64,000 nucleotides of DNA from Spirochaetia bacterium (GTDB taxonomy: Bacteria; Spirochaetota; Spirochaetia; CAKZLE01), in NCBI GenBank assembly GCA_963677595.1, contig OY782041.1, positions 3,040,001 through 3,104,000 on the forward strand, in the 5' to 3' direction. Below are positions 50,282 through 60,929 of this stretch, piece after piece (within the stretch, counting starts at the first letter, position 1; each line of letters opens with the position of its first letter). Under the pieces are notes generated by a model. It was not told where the DNA came from, ran no database searches, and worked only from the letters and a program-made list of their open reading frames with translations. The translations under genes were made by a program, and so were the position numbers.

Positions 50282-51625
50282 TTACTGCTTATAGATGCTC
50301 ATGTCAACGAGACCGTCATCGACCGCTCGCTGCAGTGCCTTGTTGTACCTGGCATCGAGGTCAGCAAGCGCTGCCTTGATATTAACGGAATCATCGCTCC
50401 AGATGGTCATGAACACTTCCGCCCAGGTCTTCCCGTCAACGGCGATCTTGCTGTCAGGCCTTGGTGTCTCCGATGCATCGTTGCGGGTAGGGGCAAGCCC
50501 GATCCACTGCGGAGTGAGCGACCCTTCGGCTCCTTCGGTAACAGAGGGGAGTATCGGCAGGTAGAGGCCTTCCGCATATGCTTCCCGCAGGAGTTCATCG
50601 TCGTAGACGAAATCCGTCATGACGGTGATCAGCTTGTCCACAGGGACATCTGAGTCCTTGTTGATTGCATCGACAAGCCTGAATCCCGGGCTCATCGGCG
50701 TTGAGTATGCCATGCTGCCGGGGAATTCCATGACGGTCCACTCGAACCGGTCACCGATCGGGAACTGCTGAGTATAGACGCCATAGTCCCAGCTGGCTGC
50801 ATAGATGAAGGCGATATTACCGGAGGAGAACTCGGCTCGTGCCGTGTCGTTATCGAGGCCTTCAGCGCCCGGGAGGTATGATTTGTCCTGCTTGATATCA
50901 CGCATATAGGAGAGTACCGGTTCCAATGCACCGAAATCGTATGTACCTTCTTTCAGGTTGTACCATGCCTCAAATCCGTATTCGTTGGCCATACTGTAGA
51001 TCGCGTCGATCCTCCAGAAGTGCTCACCGTTCGATCCCCACTTCAAAGGCAGGGCGAAACCGAACTTCTTGCTGTTGTTGTCTTCTGTGACCTTCTTTGC
51101 CATCATCCGTACTTCATCCCAGTCCTTTGGGAGTTCATCGAAGCCGGAAGCTTTCAGGAGGTCCGTATTGACGATGAGCCGGAAGGTGTTCGCCACGACC
51201 GGGATATCATAGGTCTTGCCGTCGAAGACATGGATACCCTCGACGAGGTAGTCCTGGTATTTCTCCACAAGGGCCGCCCCGGCAGGGGTGCTGTCTATCG
51301 GCAGCACCTTGCCCGTCTCGACCCAGCTCGGCATCTGGTTACGGGTAGTGAACAGATCAGGGAGCTTCCCTGATTCCCTTGCGACAGCGATCACCTCATC
51401 GTAGTCACCGCCGAAGAACTCGGGCATAATCTTGACCCCGACTTCTTTCCCTCGTGTCTCATTCCACTCATCGATTTTCGCGATCTCGAAATCCCGTGAA
51501 TGTCCAACTCTTGCCCATAGCTTCACTTCAGTGATCTCATCCCCAGCCGGTTCCTGCTGCCCTGCAGCGAATACCATGGATGAGCATACGAGAAGCATCA
51601 TCAAGAGTGTCAGCAAACGTTTCAT
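50282..51625 (-). CDS. Sugar ABC transporter substrate-binding protein
   Basis: AGGAG RBS, signal peptide ...FAAGQQE, DGKTYDIP. Confidence 0.9.
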   Translation of the reverse strand: MKRLLTLLMMLLVCSSMVFAAGQQEPAGDEITEVKLWARVGHSRDFEIAKIDEWNETRGKEVGVKIMPEFFGGDYDEVIAVARESGKLPDLFTTRNQMPSWVETGKVLPIDSTPAGAALVEKYQDYLVEGIHVFDGKTYDIPVVANTFRLIVNTDLLKASGFDELPKDWDEVRMMAKKVTEDNNSKKFGFALPLKWGSNGEHFWRIDAIYSMANEYGFEAWYNLKEGTYDFGALEPVLSYMRDIKQDKSYLPGAEGLDNDTARAEFSSGNIAFIYAASWDYGVYTQQFPIGDRFEWTVMEFPGSMAYSTPMSPGFRLVDAINKDSDVPVDKLITVMTDFVYDDELLREAYAEGLYLPILPSVTEGAEGSLTPQWIGLAPTRNDASETPRPDSKIAVDGKTWAEVFMTIWSDDSVNIKAALADLDARYNKALQRAVDDGLVDMSIYKQ

Positions 51626-51904
51626 TTGATTCTCCTTTTATTGGTGTTGCCCCAATGGTAGCACCTCAATGAGAATTGGGAAGGTCCAACTTTTCTCAAC
51701 ATTACGGGCCGGTTTCCTCCACAGGATAGCAGGTTTGAGGGAATATTTCTCCTACTATTTCGCAGGATTCCGCAAAGGGTGGAGAATATCCCAACGTATC
51801 GGGATGTACGTGCCACGGGCATGCGTCAAATGTGGATATTCTCTCTAATTGACGGCAGGGTGCAGCGGTTATAGGATTTTCACAGAAGTAAGAAAGGAGG
51901 TCCT

Positions 51905-53467
51905 ATGCGCCCGAATATCCTGCACCTGTTCACTGATATGCAGCGCTTTGATACGATTCATGCACTCGGAAATCCGGTGATCAGGACACCGAACCTTGAT
52001 CGTCTCTGCTCGGAGGGTGTCGCGTTCACCCAGGCTTTCTCTCCCTCGCCTGTCTGCATCTCTGCCAGGTGCAGCATGATCACGGGGCAGTATCCAATGC
52101 ACACGGGCTGTTATGAGAACACACTCATGCCGGTAGACGGCAGGACGACCTTCATGGGCGAACTGCATGACCATGGGTATGATACCCACGGGATCGGCAA
52201 GTGCCATTTCACCCCTGATAGGTTCGCCCTGCGGGGGTTTGATGCACGGGAGGTCCAGGAAGAAGGTGCGGAGAGCATCGAGAACCTGGACAGGCATCAT
52301 TACCTGCAGTACCTGCGAGACAGGTCCTATACCCATATATCCGAACCTCATGGGATCCGGGGGGAGATGTACTATATCCCGCAGCCCAGCCAGCTGCCCC
52401 AGGAGGACCACCCGACAACCTGGGTTGGGGACAGAACGATAGAGTTCCTTGGTCAGGAGCATGTGCAGCCCTGGTACCTCTTTTCCAGTTTCATTCATCC
52501 GCATCCCCCGTTCACACCCCCAGTCCCCTGGCACAAGCTGTACCGTTCGGCGCAGATGCCCGATCCTGATACCCCTGAAGACTCTGAAGAACTGCTGACC
52601 TTCGTCAACAGGATCCAGAACAGGTATAAGTATGGGGACCAGGGAGCCAACCGTTACCTGATCAGGTCCATGAAAGCGTATTACTATGCCTGCATCTCCT
52701 ATGTGGATTACCAGATCGGCAGGATACTTCAGACGCTCGAGTCTTCCGGTCAGCTCGACTCCACGCTCATCCTCTTCTCCTCCGACCATGGAGAACTCCT
52801 CGGTGACTATCATTCATTCGGGAAACGCAGTATGCATGATGCAAGCTCCCGGATCCCGATGATCCTTCAGTATCCCGGACGGTTCGAAGGAGGGAGAACC
52901 TGCGATACCCCGGTCTCCCTGGTTGATATCGCCCCTACCTTCCTCGCTGCAGCTGGGTGTGATGAAAGAAGCGTTTCAACACACCCGCTCGATGGGAAGG
53001 ATATGTACAAGATCCTTACAGGAGAAGAAACCCGTGAGACAGTGTTCTCCCAACTCTCCTATGAATGTGTCATGGCAGAACGGGGGATTAATCCAGCCCA
53101 GAGACATGTGCTGCAAGCCCCGGATGCCCATGCTCACCTCTCTACCTATATGGCAGTCACGAGGGAATGGAAATACATCTATAGTGCTGCAGATGACAAA
53201 GAGTTCCTGTTTGACAGGCGTAAGGACCCGAAGGAACATCGGAACCTCGCAGAGGTGGAGCTCTGTCAGGATGTGAAGCATACCATGAAGCGCAGACTGA
53301 CAGCACACCTGACAGAAGGCGGGGAGACATACGGGCTGACGGGCACAGGGGAGTGGAAGTCCTTCCCTAAACTGGAAATCAACAGCGATCCGTATGCTGG
53401 TCTCCTTATACAGGACGACTATACCCCATGGGCAGACATGAGCCTTCCCAAAGAGTATGGTGATTGA
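51905..53467 (+). CDS. Sulfatase (Cys-type)
   Basis: RPNILHLFTD, CISAR, GKCH, HPHPP, SDHG. Confidence 0.92.
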   Translation: MRPNILHLFTDMQRFDTIHALGNPVIRTPNLDRLCSEGVAFTQAFSPSPVCISARCSMITGQYPMHTGCYENTLMPVDGRTTFMGELHDHGYDTHGIGKCHFTPDRFALRGFDAREVQEEGAESIENLDRHHYLQYLRDRSYTHISEPHGIRGEMYYIPQPSQLPQEDHPTTWVGDRTIEFLGQEHVQPWYLFSSFIHPHPPFTPPVPWHKLYRSAQMPDPDTPEDSEELLTFVNRIQNRYKYGDQGANRYLIRSMKAYYYACISYVDYQIGRILQTLESSGQLDSTLILFSSDHGELLGDYHSFGKRSMHDASSRIPMILQYPGRFEGGRTCDTPVSLVDIAPTFLAAAGCDERSVSTHPLDGKDMYKILTGEETRETVFSQLSYECVMAERGINPAQRHVLQAPDAHAHLSTYMAVTREWKYIYSAADDKEFLFDRRKDPKEHRNLAEVELCQDVKHTMKRRLTAHLTEGGETYGLTGTGEWKSFPKLEINSDPYAGLLIQDDYTPWADMSLPKEYGD

Positions 53468-53580
53468 ATGAGAACGCACAAGCGATCAAGATGCCTCCTG
53501 ACCAGTACACACCCATAGCCCATTGATACGGGGAGCACGGCCTGTTCTGTTATATGTATCCAATAACTTATTGAATCCGT

Positions 53581-53975
53581 ATAACAGGACAATATGCTTT
53601 CATCCGGATATCTCTGATTATCCATGAACCACACCAAGATCCCAATACCCAGAAGAACATAACCATCACTTTATCATACAAGACCCATACACACAGAAGA
53701 GGTTTGGGAAGAGGGGGATCCCCTCCTTCCCCGGGGAGACCACATCAGCAGCTGTCTAGGATGAGTCCAGGAGATGGATGGGGGGGCTTTCAATATAGCT
53801 GGAGGTGACGGGGTGGTTGGTGGTGCGACTCATAAATCAACTGGAGGTGATGGGTAAGCTGGAAGTAAACCAGGGTGGCTGGAAGTAACGGGTAGGCTGG
53901 AAGTGATGGAACGGCAGGAAGTGATGGAACAGCAGGAAGTGATGGAACAGCAGGTATTGACGGATCAGCTGGAAG
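53581..53975 (+). repeat. Copy 1 of a diverged ~300-400 bp non-coding repeat, with an internal 18-bp tandem repeat
   Basis: Blocks TCCATGAA..CATAACC.TCAC..AAGACC.ATACACACAGAAGAG..CCACATC.GCAG.TGTC..GGTGGTGCG recur at 56251-56520. GC(A/T)GGAAGTGATGGAAC units at about 53840-53975. Confidence 0.75.
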
Positions 53976-54364
53976 TCTTCGGGTGGGAGTTCTTCCCAAT
54001 GAAGCAGTCTCGTCGTGTCGGGGAAAGGAGAGTCGGTGGTAATGATGCCCAATGGCGTGGGATATGGTGGTAATAGATGGGCCTGGGGTGGGAATTGATG
54101 GTAATTGATGCGAACGGGGTGGGGAAGATACCCAGGGAATCCTGGAAGGTGTGGGAATGTGTGCAGCAACCAGGATTCCCACACTCCCCGCATGAACATT
54201 CTTCGGTATACCGGAACCAGCGATATGAACATGTTCCGGACGATTTTGATTGTGAAATTTAAATATATGCCCGTATAATTACACAGGATCTGATCCTTAG
54301 CTTCTTACCGTATATATCCGTACCCACCTGTTCTTGAAATACATAGGGTTCTCATGTAAAGGGA

Positions 54365-56125
54365 GTGACACAGATGCATAACAAAAAGTTAGTCGTAGTC
54401 CCGGTAGTGTTGATAGTCTTGATGATGCTGCTCTCCTGCAGCATGGGAGATCCGGTCGACCCGGTCGACCCAGTGCGGGCAGCATTGGAAGAAATGATAG
54501 CGAACGGAGAGGATGTCACCACATTCGACACATCAGCGATCACTGATATGTCGTACCTGTTTAACAACAAGAGCACCTTTAACCAGGACATCTCAGGCTG
54601 GGATGTCAGCAATGTCACCGACATGACTGGGATGTTCTTTGGGGCTTCCTCCTTCGATCAGGATATATCATCCTGGGATGTGGGCAATGTCACCGATATG
54701 ACCTATATGTTCTATAACGCAAGAGCCTTCAACCAGGACCTGACAGGCTGGGATGTAGGCAGTGTCACTACGATGAACAATATGTTCGGCTATGCGACCG
54801 CCTTCAATGGCGATATATCAGGATGGAATGTAAGCAGCGTGACCGATATGACTGCCATGTTCTATGGAGCTTCAGCCTTCAACGGGGATATATCATCCTG
54901 GGATGTGAGTAATGTCACTACGATGAGCAGTATGTTCGTCAATGCTGATAGCTTCAACCAGGACCTGCATACCTGGGATGTGAGCCATGTCACCGATATG
55001 AACGCCATGTTCTATTTGGCAGATACCTTCAACGGCGATATAACAGGCTGGGATGTCAGCAGTGTCGGGGACATGGGGTATATGTTCAGCAGTGCACCAG
55101 CCTTTGACCAGGATATATCATCCTGGGATGTAAGCAGTGTCACCAGCATGACTGCCATGTTTAAGCAGGCAACTGCCTTCAACCAGGGCTTACATACCTG
55201 GGATGTCGGCAGTGTCCAGACCATGGCAGGCATGTTCGAAGGGGCAGCTGCCTTCAATGGGAATATATCCACCTGGGATGTGGCACAGGTCACCGACATG
55301 AGCAGGATATTCTCTGGTGCTTCTGTGTTCAATGGCGATATCTCAGCCTGGGACGTCAGCCAGGTCACGAACATGACAACTATGTTCTGTAATGCAGCTG
55401 CCTTCAACCAGGACTTGAATGGCTGGAACGTAGGCAGTGTTACCAACATGAGTTCCATGTTCAGCGGTGCCGCTGTGTTCAACGGCAATATATCCAGCTG
55501 GAATACAGGCAGTGTAACTGCCATGAATACCATGTTCGATTCTGCTGTTGTATTCGACCAGGATATCTCAGGCTGGGATGTCAGTACGGTCACGAACATG
55601 AGTAGTATGTTCAAGGAAGCCAGAGCCTTCAACCAGGATATCTCAGATTGGAATGTCAGTAACGTCACGAACATAAGCGGCATGTTCAATGCGGCCACGT
55701 CCTTCAGCCAGGACCTGAATACCTGGGATGTGAGCCATGTCACCGACATGTCTTCCATGTTTGCAGGAGCATATGCCTTCAACGGGAACATCACCACCTG
55801 GGATATCAGCTGGGTCGGGAATATGAGCAAGATGTTCTCAGGAGCTACCACCTTCAACCAGGACATCTCAGTCTGGACTATTACCCGTGTCACGAATATG
55901 AGCGAGATGTTCCGGAATGCTACATCCTTCAACCAGGATGTATCAGTATGGCAGATCGGCAGTGTCAACGATGTGACCAGAATGTTCTCAGGTGCTACAT
56001 CCTTCAGCCAGGACCTCACCCCCTGGGCCGACTGTGTATTTGAGTATATCAGTCATTACGCCTTCGGTGAGAACAGTGGATTATCCACCGACCAATTCCC
56101 GTACTCAAGCTGGGCACAAACCTGA
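54365..56125 (+). CDS. DUF285/BspA-type repeat surface lipoprotein
   Basis: Lipobox LLSC; about 20 tandem 25-aa repeats FN[QG]DISxWDVSxVTxMxxMFxxA. Confidence 0.92.
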   Translation: MTQMHNKKLVVVPVVLIVLMMLLSCSMGDPVDPVDPVRAALEEMIANGEDVTTFDTSAITDMSYLFNNKSTFNQDISGWDVSNVTDMTGMFFGASSFDQDISSWDVGNVTDMTYMFYNARAFNQDLTGWDVGSVTTMNNMFGYATAFNGDISGWNVSSVTDMTAMFYGASAFNGDISSWDVSNVTTMSSMFVNADSFNQDLHTWDVSHVTDMNAMFYLADTFNGDITGWDVSSVGDMGYMFSSAPAFDQDISSWDVSSVTSMTAMFKQATAFNQGLHTWDVGSVQTMAGMFEGAAAFNGNISTWDVAQVTDMSRIFSGASVFNGDISAWDVSQVTNMTTMFCNAAAFNQDLNGWNVGSVTNMSSMFSGAAVFNGNISSWNTGSVTAMNTMFDSAVVFDQDISGWDVSTVTNMSSMFKEARAFNQDISDWNVSNVTNISGMFNAATSFSQDLNTWDVSHVTDMSSMFAGAYAFNGNITTWDISWVGNMSKMFSGATTFNQDISVWTITRVTNMSEMFRNATSFNQDVSVWQIGSVNDVTRMFSGATSFSQDLTPWADCVFEYISHYAFGENSGLSTDQFPYSSWAQT

Positions 56126-56250
56126 CCCATAAGTGACAGGATCCCAAGACAGTCCAGAGAGGCAGAAAGATACCCGCCCACCACACAAACCGAGAAGATG
56201 CATGCACCGCATCTCCTCGGCAGTAAAACCCTCACATAAGGGATAAGGGG

Positions 56251-56520
56251 ATAACAGACGATCCTCACCGGGTATCTCCTTAGATCCATGAAACTGCCCA
56301 AGCTCCCCATAACTATGAACATCATAACCGTCACGTTACAAAATAAGACCAATACACACAGAAGAGAGGTTGGGGAAGGGGGGAGAGCATAGTCTGCCGA
56401 CCCGGGAAGGCCACATCTGCAGATGTCGGGGGTTGACCACGGGGTGGTGGTGCGTCCAGAGCATAGCAGCTGGAAGTGAGGGGAAAGCTGGAAGGAAACC
56501 GGACCGCTGGAAGTGATGGG
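56251..56520 (+). repeat. Copy 2 of the diverged non-coding repeat
   Basis: Colinear similarity to 53581-53900, including GCTGGAAG units. Confidence 0.75.
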
Positions 56521-57034
56521 CCAGTAGTTCATTCAGGAAAGATTCAGACTTCATGCAGTGGCTTTCCCCCACTCCCTGGAACCGCATACCCGGAACGTGA
56601 TAACCCACAGAAGGGTAAAAAGCTTTTCTAAAACCGTTGAAGCAATACGAATTAATGCTAGTGAGGTTGTGGAAAGGTGCTTATCCCAGGGCACCGAGCT
56701 TGGTTGAAATCGACATGCTTCATTTGGTATTAGGATTGGTATACCCACATTATATATGTCCCACTACCCGATGATGGTATGTTTGGAGTAAAGATTTACC
56801 TTATCACGCAGTTAATTTTTACAAAACAGTAAGATCTGTCAAAATCGAGGAAATTTTTTTATGATTTTTGAGATTATGCTTGTAATGTGGGAGATGATGC
56901 GTTATGGTTGATTATAGTACTTGTACAACTTCAGGATGAACTAGAAAAGAGATCAACTGCATATCACCTGCTGGATCAACAGTAGGGATTAAAGGCTGAT
57001 TTTCTAACATGAATGCACCAAAAAGGAGTTGCGT

Positions 57035-57753
57035 ATGAGTGCTATAGGTCTTATCGGTGGTCTGAACATGGACCACGACATTTGGTTCTACCAAAACCTG
57101 ATCCACACAATCGAAGAAATAAGTGAGAACAGCCCTGCTATCTACCTGTTCGGGGGTGAGAACGGTATCTTCAGCAGTGCCAGGCACAGGACAACTATGC
57201 AAGTCTCGAAGATCATTATTCGAAGACTGTGATAACGGCTTTTCATACAGGTGTCGATCGCCTGATCATCATCAATGATCTCATGCACAGTAAGCTCCAT
57301 AAGATTACCGTAGGTGTTGGCGTCCCTGTAATATCCTTGACAGATGCCATCCAGGCATTCGCCCGTAAGGAGCAGATAGAGAGGATGGCAGTACTCTGCC
57401 ATTACTCTCCTGATCTGTATTCCCATTACCAGGGTGTCAAGGGCTGCCATATGGAGCTTTGCAACAGGGAAGAGGCTGCAGAGCTGAACACCCAGTTCTC
57501 AGGTTCCCCGAACCTCTTTGACGAATCACATACCAGCGTACAAATCATGCATGATATTCTCAGTCGCTGCAGGCAGGATGGGGTGAAGCATGTCCTGCTC
57601 ACCAGCCCTGAACTCGTCTACCTGCTACCCGAAGATACTGATGATCTGGCTATATACTGCAGTGACGAGATTCATATGCAGTACGCTGCAGAAGCCTGCC
57701 TGGCCTGCATGCAGCAGGACGTAAACACCAGTCACAACGTAAGGGCGCAGTAA
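57035..57753 (+). pseudogene. Frameshifted aspartate/glutamate-racemase-fold gene
   Basis: AAGGAG RBS; MSAIGLIGGL... in one frame continues as ...TGVDRLIIINDLMH...VPVISLTDA...GVKHVLLTSPEL in the -1 frame (open from 57160). Confidence 0.7.
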
Positions 57754-59620
57754 ATAGAGGTTTGGGATAACATAGGATGGAAAAGAACAACAGGAACATG
57801 ATGCAACAAGTCCTCAATACCCAGACAGTGGTGGTGTGTAGCCTAAACGTAGTAACCAACCTCGTAGAGGTTGAGGTGGGGAAAATCCACCGCGAATAGA
57901 TTTCTTTTTTTGTCCCTCCGGGCCCGCCCGGCGTATGACTACAACAAAAATAACATAAGTTCTGCTTGTTGGGCGGGTCCGTTATTTACCAGAGGGATGA
58001 GAGAGAAGAAGAGAAGGATATCAGCGATATCAATAACGAACGATACCGCTGATAATAGACCAGGAGATACAGCCTTGTTAAGGTTGTCGTGGCTTAGTAA
58101 TAGGTCACATATAGTATCCTCCATGTGTTTTCAAGGGCCTGCCCTGGCTTAACATAATCCTGATAAGAGTACTTACAGGGCGGGTCCGGTTCTTTCCGGA
58201 GAATGAAAACAGGAGGTCGAAGGTATGCTGCCGGAGGTCAGGGTACTGAGTTCTTAAGGCAGCAGGGATCGTAGCGGAAACGCTATGCCTCTGTTGTGGG
58301 AGTTAGCGTGAATCAGCCTTTTCAAGGCTGTTGTGATTCTTTGTAGATCACACATAGTTTACTCCATTTTTTCCGGACCCGCCCTGATTTTACACATTCT
58401 GAAGTTAGGGTACGTACGGGGTGGGTCCGGTTTCTTTCTCTCGAATATGTGATGCTGAGGAGGTATGAGAACAGGCTCTCTGGCAGACAGGGCGATGAAT
58501 AAATGAGGGCATTGGCCTTTTGTCAGGTGAAGAAGAGCTGTTGATATACAGGTGGTTCTTGTCTACAGGGGACCATCGGAATGGATGCTACAGATGAATT
58601 GCAGTATCCATTCTTGAGTCCGTCCCACTTCCATTGAGACGAGCGCATGTTTTACCAATGGGACGGGCTCTTCTTTCTTCATGTAATTCGTGATGTAAGC
58701 ATGATGCAGCTGTAGGGCTGGGATGTGTCATGTGTAAGATGATCAGCCTGAAAACAGGAGAGTTCCCGTTACGATCTTATATGATCACATACGGGATAAG
58801 GAGTGTAAGGTACATATGCATGCATACAGCAGGGGAGGACGATATCCCCGGAATATGTGTCTGAAGAGGATGCCGGAGAAATTCAGTTACCACTGATGAG
58901 TATCCTGAATATTGGAGTCGACCTCGTTGAGGCCGAGGTGGGAGATACCCACCACGTATAGATTTCTTTTTTGTCCCTCCGGGTCCGCCCGGCGTATATC
59001 AGAAACCAAAAACAAACGTTCTGCTAGTTGGGTGGACCCGTTATTTACTGGAGGGAAGAGAAAGAAAAGAAGGGAAGGGATATCAGCAGTACCTGTTGAG
59101 GATACTGCTGATGCATGAACAGGAGCTTACAGCTTTGGTAAGGCTGTAGTGACTTGTAGGTCACACATAGTTACTCTCCATTTTTCGAGCCCGCCCGATA
59201 TTGATCAACCTGCATTCGTGATACTTGCAGGGCGGGCTCGTTTTCTTACCGGAGCATACACTATGAAGGCAGGAGAACAGGCTCTTTGGCAATCAGGGCG
59301 ATGAATAGAATGAGGGCATTGGCCTTTTTGCCAGGTGAGGGAAGAGTCATATGAATATATAAGGTGGTCCGGCGATACCATATCGTGGGACCATCGGGGG
59401 TAGATCCAGGCGGGTATCCTCCTATGATGAAGCCTGCGAAATATCCTTTTGGGCCCGTCCCGTCCCCCTATTGAGACTAGCATATGCTTAACCCTCGGGA
59501 CGGGCCCATCTTCTTTTTCTACTGCATGCATACCATAGCTGCAGGGGTAGGGAGCAGATGGTAAAAACCTGCAGCATGGAAATGAGGAGTGATGAGGAAA
59601 GGCATAGATGGAGATAACAA

Positions 59621-59956
59621 ATGGTGAAGATAACCAGTGAACTTATGACATCTCTGTCAGGGTGCTCACGGGAAGAACTGAGCACCCTGGTAGAACAGGA
59701 CGGATATGATTACCTGAACTGCATGAAGGACTATATTCCCTCCTTCGAGCATATGAAGGAGAAGTTCTCCATCCTCGCATACCTGATCCTAGAAGACCGG
59801 ATGTATGCCTATAACCCGGATGTGCAGGAGCTGTACAGAAGACTGCTTGCGATCCAGGATGCGGCACAGGAGATCACCGATGCCCTGAAGGGCATTATCA
59901 CCCATGCCGACGTACTCACTGAAGCCCGGCTTCAGGAGCTGTCGGTGCATGAATAG
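59621..59956 (+). CDS. Small acidic helical hypothetical protein (array paralogue 1)
   Basis: GGAG RBS, 111 aa, amphipathic pattern, weak similarity to 60199 and 60930 ORFs. Confidence 0.7.
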   Translation: MVKITSELMTSLSGCSREELSTLVEQDGYDYLNCMKDYIPSFEHMKEKFSILAYLILEDRMYAYNPDVQELYRRLLAIQDAAQEITDALKGIITHADVLTEARLQELSVHE

Positions 59957-60198
59957 TTGAATACAGCCCTGTTAGGGCTGGGTAATACAATGTTTCCAAC
60001 CTTTGTTTCGGGCCTGCCCGAGAAAGCAAGTACCTGGAGTTATTGATCATCCGGGCAGGCTCGTTTCTTTAACAAGAGAGGAACGTGGAAACAATGAATG
60101 TAGAGTTGGTTAGATCGCAGGTGTCTGCGATCTAGAGGAACAGAGATGCCGTTGATACTCACACGATGCGTATCAGCGGATAGGGAAGAGTTGTGTGT

Positions 60199-60531
60199 AT
60201 GAAATTGGAATTGAGGACTGACTTTCAGTTACTGCAGGTAATGCAGTTGGAGGAACCCGAAAAGAATCTACAGGAAGAATTGGATCATGCAATGGAAGAT
60301 CTTAAAGATATGAGTGAGATCTATGACATGATGGTAGAGATGGTCACGAGTCTTGCGGTCCCGCAGAACGAAGAACAATCTTACGAATTCGATGAGGATA
60401 TGGATTATATATTCGAAAGCCTTGATGCCGTCTCACAGTTGACTTTGAAAGTCCGGTATGAGCTTGTAGACATCATACATGCAGCTTATAGGTTCAGTGC
60501 GTCTATGGCTAATAGAAATAGGTGCCAATAA
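60199..60531 (+). CDS. Small acidic helical hypothetical protein (array paralogue 2)
   Basis: Purine-rich RBS, 110 aa from ATG 60199, followed directly by an array hairpin. Confidence 0.7.
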   Translation: MKLELRTDFQLLQVMQLEEPEKNLQEELDHAMEDLKDMSEIYDMMVEMVTSLAVPQNEEQSYEFDEDMDYIFESLDAVSQLTLKVRYELVDIIHAAYRFSASMANRNRCQ

Positions 60532-60929
60532 ATATATGTGTAGTAACGGGTTCACCCGATCGTATGCCCGATTCTAAGAAAGTACAAGTATGTTGTTCAT
60601 ATCGGGTGAACCCGTTCTTCTTCTTGTGAAGGAATGGAAGGTAAAGGCTGAAGATATTATTTTTATGAATGAATGGAGGTGTATGTATAGAAGAACTGAA
60701 TCCTGTCGATGGATGGACCTGGGAACATATAGTCGGTCTGTCATTATGGAGAGGAATCACTTAGGGCCCGTTTCCGTCTAAACCTATTAAAAGTTGTACA
60801 AGGACACATAATGGGGACGGGCCTGTTTTTTAAGATTGCCTGGTCCTCTGTACCCTTGCTGCCGATACGGATCAACAGCGGTACATGGAGAGAGCAAATA
60901 GAGAAGAATATTAGTAGGAGTTAGGAAAT

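Noticed and set aside
51869-52813. 314-aa minus-strand ORF, and similar long antisense ORFs across 38-53 kb
   Set aside because: Lie opposite well-supported genes in GC-rich sequence and have no recognisable motifs
53790-54232. Minus-strand ORFs with PAVPSL or LLFHHF repeats
   Set aside because: Both are translations of the same 18-bp tandem repeat in different frames, with no RBS or domain support
55012-56019. 335-aa antisense ORF inside the BspA gene
   Set aside because: Shadow of the repetitive sense-strand coding sequence
57152-57156. G5 tract as a phase-variation switch for the racemase-like gene
   Set aside because: Adding one G brings TGA (57157) into frame, so it does not repair the gene, and the tract is short
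57871-59531. ORF-track calls 57871-58152, 57939-58124, 58912-59118, 59205-59531 and micro-ORFs such as MRTGSLADRAMNK
   Set aside because: Frames and lengths are not preserved between the duplicated blocks and they run through the hairpins. Conservation follows base pairing, not codons.
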